From Macrostomum lignano (taxonomy: Eukaryota): a stretch of 30,347 nt of DNA. Positions 1 to 25,167 of this stretch are shown here, one piece after another; position 1 is the stretch's first letter, and each line of letters opens with the position of its first letter. Where the stretch lies: contig NIVC01004066.1 in NCBI GenBank assembly GCA_002269645.1, positions 31,632 to 61,978 of the forward strand, given 5' to 3'. The notes beneath the pieces were generated by a model. The model had not been told where the DNA came from. It worked only from the letters and a program-made list of their open reading frames with translations, and did no database searches. The position numbers were made by a program, and so were the translations under genes.

Positions 1-18
1 GTAGTACAGGTACGAGTA

Positions 19-660
19 GTAGACACCTCTGCCCTTCCTGACACCCCTGTCTTCCCTGACACCTGCCCTGCCTGACAACTCTGCCTCCCTGACACCTCTG
101 CCCTCTCTGACAACTCTGCCCTTCCTGACACCCCTGTCTTCCTGACACCTGCCCTGCCTGACAACTCTGCCCTCCCTGACTCCTCTGCCCTCTCTGACAA
201 CTCTGCCCTTCCTGACACCCCTGTCTTCCCTGACACCTGCCCTGCCTGACAACTCTGCCCTCCCTGACACCTCTGCCCTCTCTGACAACTCTGCCCTCCG
301 TGACAACTCTGCCCTCCCTGACACCTGCCCTCCCTGACAACTCTGCCCTCCCTGACACCTGTGCCCTCCGTGACAACTCTGCCCTCCCTGACACCTGCCC
401 TCCCTGACAACTCTGCCTCCCTGACACCTGTGCCCTCCCTGACAACTCTGCCCTCCCTGACGCCCCTGCCTCCCTGACACCCCTGCTTTCCTGACACCTG
501 CCCTCCCTGACCCCTGCCTTCCTGACACCCCTGACTTCCTGACACCTGCCCTCCCTGACACCCCTACCTCCCTGACACCCCTGCCTCCCTGACACCTGCC
601 CTCCCTGACACTACCTGCCTCCCCTGACACAACTGTTTTTCCTGACAGCCCCTGACTTTC
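19..660. repeat. C-rich minisatellite, degenerate 16-20 bp unit CCTGACA(C/A)(C/A)CT(C)TGCC(C)T
   Basis: CCTGACA core recurs every ~16-20 bp from the window start to ~660. Confidence 0.95.
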
Positions 661-1688
661 CTGGCGCTCTTCCCCTCAGTCCACTGACGACCCTTCCCTA
701 TCCGCTAGTTGTCAGCCGAGTTCTCTTTGACTCCATTGTCTTACCTGCCGACCTTGGAAAGCCCTAGTCACCCACTGACCTTGACATCCCTTGGTGTTTG
801 ACAAATTTAATCCTCTCTTCCTAATACAGGTTTGGAGACAATCCATGACATCTGCTAGTGCTTTTCTAAGCTTCCGGCTGCAAAACTGCTTTGTAAGAGC
901 TGTCAGTCTGTATAATTGGCGAGCCCATTATTTTTTAAGCTGCGGAGCAAGATAACACAGTAGATATAAAAGATGTATTAAGAGATTTCAAGCGTCTGAG
1001 TGGCGTCGTCTGCGCGCACGCCAGACTGTGCGGAGGCAGCAGGTGAGACACTGCAAGCCAAGACCACCAGCCGCAGCTGCAGCTGGCAGGTGTCAATCAC
1101 ACGCATTTTGCCTGCTTTGTGGGAGGCTAGGAGAGAGAGGGAGGGACAGGTAGAATTGAGTGGCAATCTATACGGCACTTCATCTGGATTCTGGCTGCTT
1201 TTTTTCTCTATTACAGTGTGGGATGTCCAGTGCGTGCCTGCCGCCGTAGCACTGAATAGAGTAGAGGCGGCGTTGCGGTGGGCTGCTGCTCCTAGAGGAG
1301 CGCCAGCTGTGCGATGTGCATAGAAAAAAAGTATTATTTGACCAATTTGGCCAAGGCTTACAATTCCAAGCAATTTAGGGGGGTCTGCAGGGAAGATCTG
1401 CACAGACAGGCGGGGCGGGGCACTGTGGGAAGCTTCCTGAAATTATTCTTCATTTTAATAACTCCTCACACTTTGGCTGGTCTGGCGTGGACTCTCTTCA
1501 GAGCCTGGTCTGACCTCATGCGGCTAAGCGATTATCAACCCACCACCTCTTCCTGAGCTCTCATTGGCCAGTGCATGCACAGCCCATGCATGCAGACTTG
1601 CTGGCACTCAGTATAAAGATGCGGTCAGCCTCCCAAGTCCTGATCCGATCCGTGCTGCTAGAATTCGAGACAGAAACTGGGCTTTGAG

Positions 1689-10042
<8,354 letters not shown>

Positions 10043-12429
10043 ATCACAATGTACATCTACGCGCTTGTAGGAGGCGATTTGCTGTAAAATTATACAAGCA
10101 TTTCTCACGAATCTGTTGAAATGATCAGATTGAGTGATATTGCTCGATTTGTAAAATATGACAGTTATGTATGAATATAGTGCTGCAGTTTTCTCTGAAC
10201 TATACTTCTAATTGCATAGTTGCAATCTCAAGTGAATGCTTTGAATCAATTGTTTCTAGAATACTATTACTAAATAATCTATCGATTTGTTAACAACGGG
10301 CGATAATCATCGCACTGTGCTTATATAGATTTTGTTTTGTCGCCTGAAATTTTTGCGCTTTGTGTTTCATTTATGATAGAATTTGTAACTAAGTGTATTT
10401 ATTATGACGAATTTCGGATCTCGGATCTCGTTAAAAATCGGATGCGGTTTTTAACGATTCTTGTCTCATTGTCGGTCCAGTAGAGAGATCCGATAGAGAA
10501 ACCGGCTCAATCGGCCACCGCTTCCATTTCAGAGCCTTAAGTTCACATGAAATCCCCATTTTTCCCCATTTATCCCATGCGGAAGCGGCCGGAGTGGAAG
10601 AAAGATCAATTACGCTTTTCTTGTCTATTTTGGGTCTGAATAGTGAGAATTTCGCAGCGGTTTGGTTGCCTGACTCACGGCTTCCAAATCGCGCTTAAGT
10701 TCACATCCTCTTTTGATTATTATTAACTCAGTTACAGTGAGAGTTAGACTAAGCTGTGTACATTACCTCGTAGCCCCGAGGTAAAGAAACTGCTATTTTA
10801 CTCGCACCTATGGCGAATGTCAGTTGAACTCGCGGCAGAAAAGTTTTCGTTCGAATTACGCATGTTTCCTTTTTTGATGTACATGTACATTTACGTATTA
10901 CGTATTACGTTGTCGTTATAAGAATTGAATTCGTGCTTTCTTATTTGAGATTTATTTTAGCCTTCAATAATAAGCTGGAATAGATGCTTAACAGGGAGGG
11001 TACCGTATGAAGGTAGGATATTGATTGTTAGCTTACGTGATGGATAAAATGTAAAATTTTAACATGGACTATACTGCAGAATTCCATGGAGACCAAATCT
11101 AAACAAGTTAGCTAGCGGATTTTAAATGGACCATCGACGTGTAAATTCCGATGGCTCTAGTGAGTTGACCGTAGGCTATTAGCAGAAATACTGTTTGAAT
11201 AGAACTACTTTATTTTTAAATCCATTCAGTTCAATCCAGAGAGCTTTAGTAAAAAAATAATTTATAGCAACGTCCTAAGGGCTACGCCTATTTTTGTATC
11301 AGTTCATGGACACGCTTAACGGTTTGCACGTTTTTTGGCGGGGAGCCGTCTGTTATTGTCTAATTGTTTGAAACGAAGCTGTTTACCAAAAAAAGTCCTA
11401 AGAGTTCAAAGCAAGAGACTTCTATTTTCATGCTCTAAAAATAAAGAAGGCTGTGCAATGAAGATGGAGGTCTAGATTTTATTTAGTCCGCAGAAATCTA
11501 CACACGAAAGTTTGTTTTTGATGCAGTGAATGTACACCGAAAGTCGAAGTTCCATTTTTTATGTACACGACGGTTAAAGTTCAAATCTGACATGACGAAA
11601 ACAAACTTCACATGAGTCTATCCACCTGTTTTTGGCTCTTATGTAAACAGTTAAATAATATAGCGAAAGAAAACAAACTGAAGTGTTTTCGTTGAAAACC
11701 GAAAATAGAAGTTCCCTTTTCACACTATAAAAAGAGCATGATTTTAGTGGATAGACTTGGCTAACCTACACAGTTTCTATTGCCATTGCTTTCACCTGAG
11801 AGACTTTTAATCTTCATACATTTGCTATCGAGGAAGTAACATCAAATTTTCGTAAGTAGCCATCATATTTGTAAGTTTTACAGCAATTAATTCCAGCTTT
11901 ATTGCAAGCATCTGCCATGCATTTGTGTGTCGATTTCTAGTATTTTTTAAACTTCAAGATAATAAACTTAATTTTGAACCTTCCATTGATTTCGCTTGTT
12001 GTTGTATATTAACAGAGAAGACATACCAGTAGAGTATGCCCCAGCCCAATGTTTTGTTGTCTAGGGCACAGCCTATTATTTTATAATAAATTATTAACTA
12101 CATGCATCCCAAGAGGAGATAATCTACCGGAGGAATACGATAGCTCGAACCGCTTAAGCGAACCATTGCCTTCTTACTTAAATGTAGCAGCTCCAGGTCG
12201 GAGCAGAAGACATAACACTTGTATATACTGGCTTTGTTCCGAAATAGGAGTTCAGAATGCCCAAACTTAAGAAGAAAGCTGTGAATTTACTAAACCGCTA
12301 GAGCCGTAAAAATTTGAAAGTGCATCTGGTCTCTTTTTCGAGAAGCTGAGAGTCTAAACACTGGAAGGTCATTTGGCATAGAGGCTAGCAGACACAACAG
12401 TTTTCAGACAGGAGCAGTCGCCACAGATT

Positions 12430-12770
12430 CTATGGTGGGCGCGGGGCTTGACTTACTTGACTTTAGCTGCAGGGGGCGTCGTCCGTCGGTACAGCGAGGA
12501 CGCGACGGAGACTGCCGGCCCCTGGCTACCAATAACTTCCAGCGAAGTGATGTCGCTCAGGAGGACCCGTCGGTCTCGCCTGCAGCGCGGCCCCTCCTCA
12601 CCAGCGGTGGGGGATAAATCAGCTCGCCCTGTGTCCCTTGGGGTACCCGTCGAGCACGGGTATGCTCTCGGGCCTACTAACGTCGGAGAGAACGGGGTTG
12701 GGCCCGAGGTGAGTAGTGAGCCTGGCCCTGTTGAAAACCGGGCTGTGGCAGATAAGGGCGCGAGAGAGAA
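12430..12770 (-). mobile_element. 3' remnant (zinc-knuckle tail plus 3' UTR) of an RNase H-bearing non-LTR retrotransposon
   Basis: 12595-12760 aligns by eye to 28600-28770, and 12528-12585 aligns to 27626-27682. The minus strand gives degenerate LICHSPVF...LGPNPVLSDV and ends in an AAGTCAAGTAAGTCAAG-type tail. Confidence 0.75.
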
Positions 12771-13068
12771 AGCACACAAAGTCCCCAAATTTGTAGGGCC
12801 CCTCAGCGATCCATTTGGCGCCTGGCTAGTGCTCTAAGCAATCGTGTCTGGTGCCGCAGATGTAATGCATGCAGCTATTCCATAAATGTCTCCTAAACAC
12901 TCAGTAAATTACATTGTTTTAACCCGCCACAGGAGCAACATGTAGAATCTATCAAGGAATAACTTAAAAGCTTCTGGATAAATTTATTTTTACAAAATGG
13001 AAAGGTAGAATGCAGTGATCTATTAGTATCCATTTTCCCGTTTACAAAAACTTTAACAGGGCGAGTCG

Positions 13069-16000
13069 ATGTCTGGAGAAACCGAGACACAAAAGCGGTT
13101 TAACGGCCTCGTCTCAGATTTGGGCCTGTCAAAATGGTTTCCAGGAAGACTTATTGCCGAGACTGCAATCGCGATTAGGCCAGCTGACTTGGATAAACCA
13201 GGCTTGCAGTTTGTCCGGCAAATCATTGGTTGTCTAGGAAAGGTACGAGATGAACTTCCTTTGCACCAAGAGCAGGATTGCACAAGCAAGATTGATTGTC
13301 AGCAGCAGGAGGATGGTTGGGACGAAGATGAAGACGAAGGAGATCAGTCTGGAGACGTGAATCCACTGGATGTCTTACTGACAGTTTTTGTCTGCTGCAG
13401 CGAGGACCTGAAGCAGCTGATCTGTCATAGGCTGTTCTATTGCAAGCTGGCTATTCCATTCATATATAAAGATGAGACAGACAGGTGGGTGTCAAACCAC
13501 AGCAACCTGAGACCCATTGCCATCGAGTACAAAGATAAGCAGGGTAAAGCTATAGAAATGCCTATATTTTCGGACCGAGAAGTATTTTGCGTCGCCTTCG
13601 TGCGCATTGGCGAACACTCTGTGTCGAAGTCCAAGATACTGAACTATATATTAAGCGATGGAAAGCATGACACGTTCTTCAATCGAGAGAGTAAAAATGG
13701 ATCGGCGAGAGTGAAGTACTCAAGAGGACTTATTGAAACAGCTGTGTACATTCCACCCGGAGACGGAAGTGACCCTTTTGTTGCTCTTAATCTGAGAGGT
13801 GACGTCACTGAAAATCCGGAGCTATCCGGTGTGCTTTCCAAGTGCTCCAGTACTCTAGTTTGCATGGTTGCTGTAGAAGACGCGTTGCAGAACGCTTCTC
13901 GACTCCAGGAGTTGGCTGCTGAGGCAAACAATATGGTTCTGGTTCTAACAAAAAGAGACTCCAATACTAAAGCTGACTCTGACTTTAAAAACTGTCTCCG
14001 TAAAAGCATAAGCGGCATTTGGAATAGAGCGACGGTTGTTCTGGCATTCAAAGCCAAGACAATCAAGAGCTGTCGGGAGATTCAGGCCGAAGTTACGAAC
14101 GTTTTACGGCAAAAAATGGGCCCCTCAAAGATCATTTCCGAGCAATTAAAATCCACTGGTCTTTTCCCAATGGACTCAGGAGATGGCGGACAAAGCCCAG
14201 CTCAACTGGCATCACTTGTGACGCAAAACTTTCGCTCCTATGAAAGCAAGACGAAATTTAAGAACGAGTTTCTGCCGTTGCACATGCAACTGTGGCAAGA
14301 ATACAGCAAACTGTACAAAGAGACATTTTCTGCAAAAGCTCAAAAGGAAAATCTCGCAAAGATGCAAGAGCGAATGCTTGAAATCAGAAACAAACAAGTC
14401 GAACTGTGCATGCAGTTTTCCCCCATCATCAGGGATTTATTCTCGAGTCTAAATGCTGCTGCGAGCCAGAGTGAGGAAATGGTAGGGGCCATCGTACTGC
14501 TAGAAGGAATCAAGCAACGATTCTATGAATGTTGCCTTGAAGTTGTTCCGCCGCTCCAGAGAGCATTTCTGGAAGCCAAAGAAAAGCATGACGCATGCCA
14601 GAGTGAGACTGAGATTGAAGCGCTACGGCAGAAATTACAAGAAGCTGAGAAGGAGCTGGTGAATGCATCGCTTGACTTGAACAGTCTATTTAGAGAAGCC
14701 GGCCAGATCTACGAGGCAAGCCAGGAAAATTCAACCGTGTTTACACCTCGCCTAAGGGACGAAGTATTGAATTTGCCAGACACGTTTGCAAAGCTGCTAC
14801 TTCACGGAATGCCACTGGAGATTTTGGATGGCGATTCCAGCAACATCCCAATTTTTTGGATATCCGCAGTGCTTCGGGCTTGTCACAAGCTTGTTGGCGA
14901 GAAGAAACTCTTCATCATTTCCGTGCTAGGAGTGCAGAGCTCGGGCAAGTCCACTCTTCTAAACACCATGTTTGGCCTGCGGTTTCCCGTGAGTGCCGGC
15001 CGATGTACGAGGGGTGCCTACCTCCAGCTAGTGAAAGTGTCTCCCGAAGCACGTCTACCTTTTGACTATGTCGCTATTCTCGACACCGAGGGTCTGAAAG
15101 CTCCAGAGCTGGGCATTTCGAGTCCTCGTCACGACAATGAGCTTGCAACTCTCGTCATTGGCTTGGGCGATGTTTCCATAATAAACATTAAAGGTGAGAA
15201 CTCTTCCGACATGAAGGAGATATTGCCCATCGCAGTGAATGCGTTTCTGCGCATGCGCCAAGTGAACAAGAAGCTGGAAATTCAGCGAAGCTGCATCTTC
15301 ATTCACCAGAACGTCTCTGCTATTTCTGCCAAGGAGAAGATGGAAGAAGCCACTGCGGTGATGAAGAAGAGCTTGGACGACTTTACTAGAGAGGCCGCGG
15401 AAGGTGAAGGCCTCGCGGATGTGAAAACTTTCAACCAGATTATTTCATTCGACAGCAAAATGGACATTTTCTTCTTGCCTGACCTCTGGTTCGGGGATCC
15501 GCCCATGGCCTCAGTGAATCCGGGCTATGCAGAGAAGGTGCAGGTGATTCGAGACCACATCATGTTTCAAATGGCATTGAAGCAGAAAACGTATGTCAGT
15601 TTTAATGATTTCACTATTCGAATCGGTGATATGTGGAAGGCTATTATGTCAGAAGACTTTGTCTTCAGCTTTAGGAACAGCATCGAAATGAAGGCTTACA
15701 TTCAAATGGAGCTGGCTCTTATTGATTGCAAAGACCAGATCGATGATTTCGGAAACGACTGGCTGCACAAGACGGCGTTCGTACAACTCAGGAATGCCTC
15801 CAGTGAGGAGAGCCTCTTTGCCGTAAAACAGAGTCTTCAGCAAGAGATGAGTGAGTCAATGAGCAGCATTCTTTCCAGAACAAAAGAACAATTGGAGCAA
15901 TACTTCGAAGAAGACTCTTACAAAGAGCACAGCGTTCAATGGAAGTCGGGAAGCCTCTTGGCTTTGGACCGGGCGTGCAACTTGAAGCAGGAAGAGCTTC

Positions 16001-17820
16001 ATGATCGAATTAAAGATGAATTGAAAATCCAGCGGCTAGAGATCAACCAGGCAGCAAAGCACAAACAATGGGAGAGCACTGCCCTCCAAAAAGCGAAAGA
16101 TTTGGCCCAAAAAATGACCGGTTCCAAAATCTCAGAAGAGGAGTTAAAACAATGCTTCGATATTCTGTGGGAGACAATAATAAGCGAGCTACCCACTGAG
16201 CAGCCGCATGACGCTGCTCCGATTGATGAGCAGATTGAGAGATTGCTACAAGACTTGTTCCACAAGGATGTCTCCATATTAAAAGCTCAGCTTCAGCAGA
16301 CTCCACTTAGCCAGACAATGTCTGAAGACGATTTTGAGCTGTTTCTATCCGACTGCATCGAAGAAATTAGCTACACTAACGAAGCCGCCCCAACAGCTCG
16401 AAGCAAGGCTTTCACAGCAGGCGGTAAAGCGTTTAAATCTGCCCAACTGCTGCTCCGTGACACTGCCAAGAAGGACTCTGGGTTCTACATTGCTGACGCC
16501 CGGAAGATTTTGGCTGAGGTCATAAGAGTTTTGCGAGATGAGCGAAGCAATCTGGCTAACGACGGCATCGGCCTTACAGCGGCCTTTGAGATCAAAGTGT
16601 CTATCGGAATCTGCAAACTTGCCATTCCCACGTTTGAAAAGATCAACGAAGCTTATCGAGCAAAGCTTAGTATTGCGGCGCGGCTTCAGACTCTGAAGGA
16701 GAAGATCTGGAATCTCTTCAAAAATATGGTAGCCAGCAAGGCTGGTGAAAAGATTTCGGCCGATTTCGTCCGGGATCATTTGGCTGGCCTTATCAAGGCG
16801 GCCGTCTTGGAGAGAATGGCTGACAAGCTGAAAGCTCATGTGCGTAACCAGATAGGAAAGCATAAATATTACCTTATAGTCATGATGCTGACAGAGTGGG
16901 CCGACAAGGATAATTTCCGATCGATCATATCTTACATAGAAAACTCCAAAGTGGCCGCCCTTGAATGGCTCACTGCCTTCATCGATCGCTTTCTGTTCAC
17001 TCGAAACGAAGCGCAGAGGACGGCCTTCTCAGAGATCGTGGAAGCTGATGTCGCCGCATCAATCTTTAAAACAGCTCACGATTCATGCGATCAAGCATGC
17101 AAAGCAATGGCGGGGAGGTCTGGAGACGATTGCATGAAGGAGTGGAGCGAAGACTTCTGCCAGCGCATGTCCCGAGAGCTGGCCGTGAAAGCCGAAGACT
17201 TTGCCGAGATATTCACGCAGCCGATTGGCGACTTCTCCGACTTCTCAGAGTGCCTGAAAGAAGGCCTGCGCGTCAACTCTCGTCAACTGACGGAGTGGCT
17301 GAGCACACTGGATGAAAGCTCAGTGCAATGGCCTGGCAAAAGTACTCTGTACTCTGCTGTGCTTGACAGCCTGTGGGGCTGCGATGCTCAGTGCCCGTTC
17401 TGCAATGAGCCGTGCTCCAATGCGTCCGCTGAACACCAAGAGTTCTCTCACAAATGCATCCAGCACAGACCCCAGTGTACTGCCGGAATGCGCAGAGTTG
17501 GATCGAACCAGGCAGTACCGGACACGTGTGGCTTCAGCATTAATGATCAAAGAATGAGATTTGGCTGCGTAAAATGTGAAAAGAATGGAGTGCATATGTT
17601 TACTTACCATCCATACAAAGAATACAAGAAGTTCTTTCCCTCGTGGGACATTGCTCCTGACGCATCAAACACTGGTTCGAAATTCTGGATGTGGTTTGTC
17701 TGGACTTTTAGAGAGAAATTAAAAGAACAGTACGATTACAAAATTGACGAACTTCCTGGTGCTTGGGCCGCCGTCACCAAGGACGCCGCGCAGCAGAGCC
17801 TGAGAGAACTGCTGAATTAA
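13069..17820 (+). CDS. GVIN1: Very large inducible GTPase family protein (VLIG/GVIN1/URGCP-like), 1583 aa, single coding exon
   Basis: G1 GVQSSGKSTLLNTMFG (14929-), G2 region AGRCTRGA, G3 DTEGL (15082-), HDNELATLVIGLGDVSIINIKGE and FIHQNV match the VLIG-type G domain. N-terminal NPLDVLLTVFVCC...CKLAIPF and C-terminal GCDAQCPFCNEPC...HRP...HPYKEY...FW.WF are hallmarks of the family. The symbol indicates family, not proven orthology. Confidence 0.92.
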   Translation: MSGETETQKRFNGLVSDLGLSKWFPGRLIAETAIAIRPADLDKPGLQFVRQIIGCLGKVRDELPLHQEQDCTSKIDCQQQEDGWDEDEDEGDQSGDVNPLDVLLTVFVCCSEDLKQLICHRLFYCKLAIPFIYKDETDRWVSNHSNLRPIAIEYKDKQGKAIEMPIFSDREVFCVAFVRIGEHSVSKSKILNYILSDGKHDTFFNRESKNGSARVKYSRGLIETAVYIPPGDGSDPFVALNLRGDVTENPELSGVLSKCSSTLVCMVAVEDALQNASRLQELAAEANNMVLVLTKRDSNTKADSDFKNCLRKSISGIWNRATVVLAFKAKTIKSCREIQAEVTNVLRQKMGPSKIISEQLKSTGLFPMDSGDGGQSPAQLASLVTQNFRSYESKTKFKNEFLPLHMQLWQEYSKLYKETFSAKAQKENLAKMQERMLEIRNKQVELCMQFSPIIRDLFSSLNAAASQSEEMVGAIVLLEGIKQRFYECCLEVVPPLQRAFLEAKEKHDACQSETEIEALRQKLQEAEKELVNASLDLNSLFREAGQIYEASQENSTVFTPRLRDEVLNLPDTFAKLLLHGMPLEILDGDSSNIPIFWISAVLRACHKLVGEKKLFIISVLGVQSSGKSTLLNTMFGLRFPVSAGRCTRGAYLQLVKVSPEARLPFDYVAILDTEGLKAPELGISSPRHDNELATLVIGLGDVSIINIKGENSSDMKEILPIAVNAFLRMRQVNKKLEIQRSCIFIHQNVSAISAKEKMEEATAVMKKSLDDFTREAAEGEGLADVKTFNQIISFDSKMDIFFLPDLWFGDPPMASVNPGYAEKVQVIRDHIMFQMALKQKTYVSFNDFTIRIGDMWKAIMSEDFVFSFRNSIEMKAYIQMELALIDCKDQIDDFGNDWLHKTAFVQLRNASSEESLFAVKQSLQQEMSESMSSILSRTKEQLEQYFEEDSYKEHSVQWKSGSLLALDRACNLKQEELHDRIKDELKIQRLEINQAAKHKQWESTALQKAKDLAQKMTGSKISEEELKQCFDILWETIISELPTEQPHDAAPIDEQIERLLQDLFHKDVSILKAQLQQTPLSQTMSEDDFELFLSDCIEEISYTNEAAPTARSKAFTAGGKAFKSAQLLLRDTAKKDSGFYIADARKILAEVIRVLRDERSNLANDGIGLTAAFEIKVSIGICKLAIPTFEKINEAYRAKLSIAARLQTLKEKIWNLFKNMVASKAGEKISADFVRDHLAGLIKAAVLERMADKLKAHVRNQIGKHKYYLIVMMLTEWADKDNFRSIISYIENSKVAALEWLTAFIDRFLFTRNEAQRTAFSEIVEADVAASIFKTAHDSCDQACKAMAGRSGDDCMKEWSEDFCQRMSRELAVKAEDFAEIFTQPIGDFSDFSECLKEGLRVNSRQLTEWLSTLDESSVQWPGKSTLYSAVLDSLWGCDAQCPFCNEPCSNASAEHQEFSHKCIQHRPQCTAGMRRVGSNQAVPDTCGFSINDQRMRFGCVKCEKNGVHMFTYHPYKEYKKFFPSWDIAPDASNTGSKFWMWFVWTFREKLKEQYDYKIDELPGAWAAVTKDAAQQSLRELLN

Positions 17821-18889
17821 TTCATATTTTATTATTTATCTCCAATATTGACTGACAATACAATGTGGGATTCGAGAACTGTTTCAGCCTAAAGTTGGTG
17901 GTAGAGCTATCAGAATTTTATGCCATCCAGGATAGGTGTTCCCAAATGAGCTTAGGAATAATAGACTCAACAGTTTGACACAGAGTTGATCTTTGTTTTG
18001 AATGGAGGAGTAGCACTCATCTATGGTGAAATTTTCATGATCGTTCATGCGTGGTAACTGTCACGTTATTAAATTCATGTTTCAATGTAATCATGTTTTC
18101 AGCTGGACTAATCTACTATACCTACATGTACATTTAGTGTGCAGTTACATGTTTAACTCCGAATGCAGGGGCCGACATCATGAAGGAAGTTCTAGTTGAC
18201 GAGTGATATTTCTCACGATTCTCACAGTTTAATGATGAATTTTATTGCATCACAGTTGTACTTTCTTTATGAAATCGGCCCCAGAAGTTTTCCAGCGTTT
18301 ATTCGACTTCAATACTTTGCACTCTTTCTAACCTATATTCCATATTATTTGGTCTGTAGCTACCTTTCCTTGTTAAGCTTACAGCTTAGTGACATTAGCA
18401 TGCAAACCAAGTAACTTTTTGTTTCTAACTTTTACTAAATAACCGCATGCTGTTCATGTTTTTCTGTTTTACTGGATAATATTTTTCGAGAACTAATGCT
18501 CTGTGTAAAAACTTTCCAAAATTTTCTATTATCGAAACTTTATAACCGATTGCTTTATGAGCTTTTAAAACTATTTTATTCAGACAAGACACAAAATCTT
18601 TTCTATTGTTAACAATAATCTCGCTCACTTTGCAAATTGAAGTACTTTCTCTATCAACATACACCAATATGCTACTACAACTGAGTAGCAAGTTTTGCTT
18701 GTCAATACATATTTTTCTTCACAGTCTTGGCTTTTCATTGGCTGTCGGAGCAAAGAAACTTTATTGGACATGAATATTATCAAGTGGAATTTTACTGAAG
18801 TGTTCTGAAATGAAATAAATAGTTCTTCTTAAATTATTGACACATACAGAATTATCAAGACTGAGACAGAACATCTAGATAAATCAAAA

Positions 18890-19100
18890 ACACTAGGAAA
18901 TAAAAGATAAAACACTAGGATATAACAAATAGAAAACTAAGATAGTACAGATAGAACACTAAGATAGTACAGATAGAACACTAGGATAGAACAGACAGAA
19001 CACAAGGATAGAACAGATAGAACACTAGGATAGAACAGATAGAACACTAGGATAGAACAGATAGAACAATAGGATAGAACAGATAAAACAGATAGAACAC
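18890..19100. repeat. GATAGAACA / GATAGAACACTAG degenerate tandem array
   Basis: Repeated GATAGAACA cores ending a few bases before the LHFPL ATG. Confidence 0.9.
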
Positions 19101-19106
19101 AGCTCG

Positions 19107-25167
<6,061 letters not shown>

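Noticed and set aside
830-1323. Possible extra 5' exons (830-892, 983-1042, then acceptor 1661; all phase 0) or a minus-strand terminal exon (978-1403)
   Set aside because: Phase-compatible, but the 982 acceptor is weak, no domain similarity is recognisable and both strands are open. Cannot be resolved without RNA data.
11420-11760. Short inverted repeats (TCATGCTCT/AGAGCATGA; AGTCTATCCAC/GTGGATAGACT) and one ISRE-like GAAAACCGAAAA upstream of the GTPase
   Set aside because: 9-11 bp matches in AT-rich DNA with no TSD or clear termini. A single imperfect IRF-like site is expected by chance.
13053-17610. Many short antisense and alternative-frame ORFs within the GTPase gene
   Set aside because: Shadow ORFs of a long coding sequence, with no motifs.
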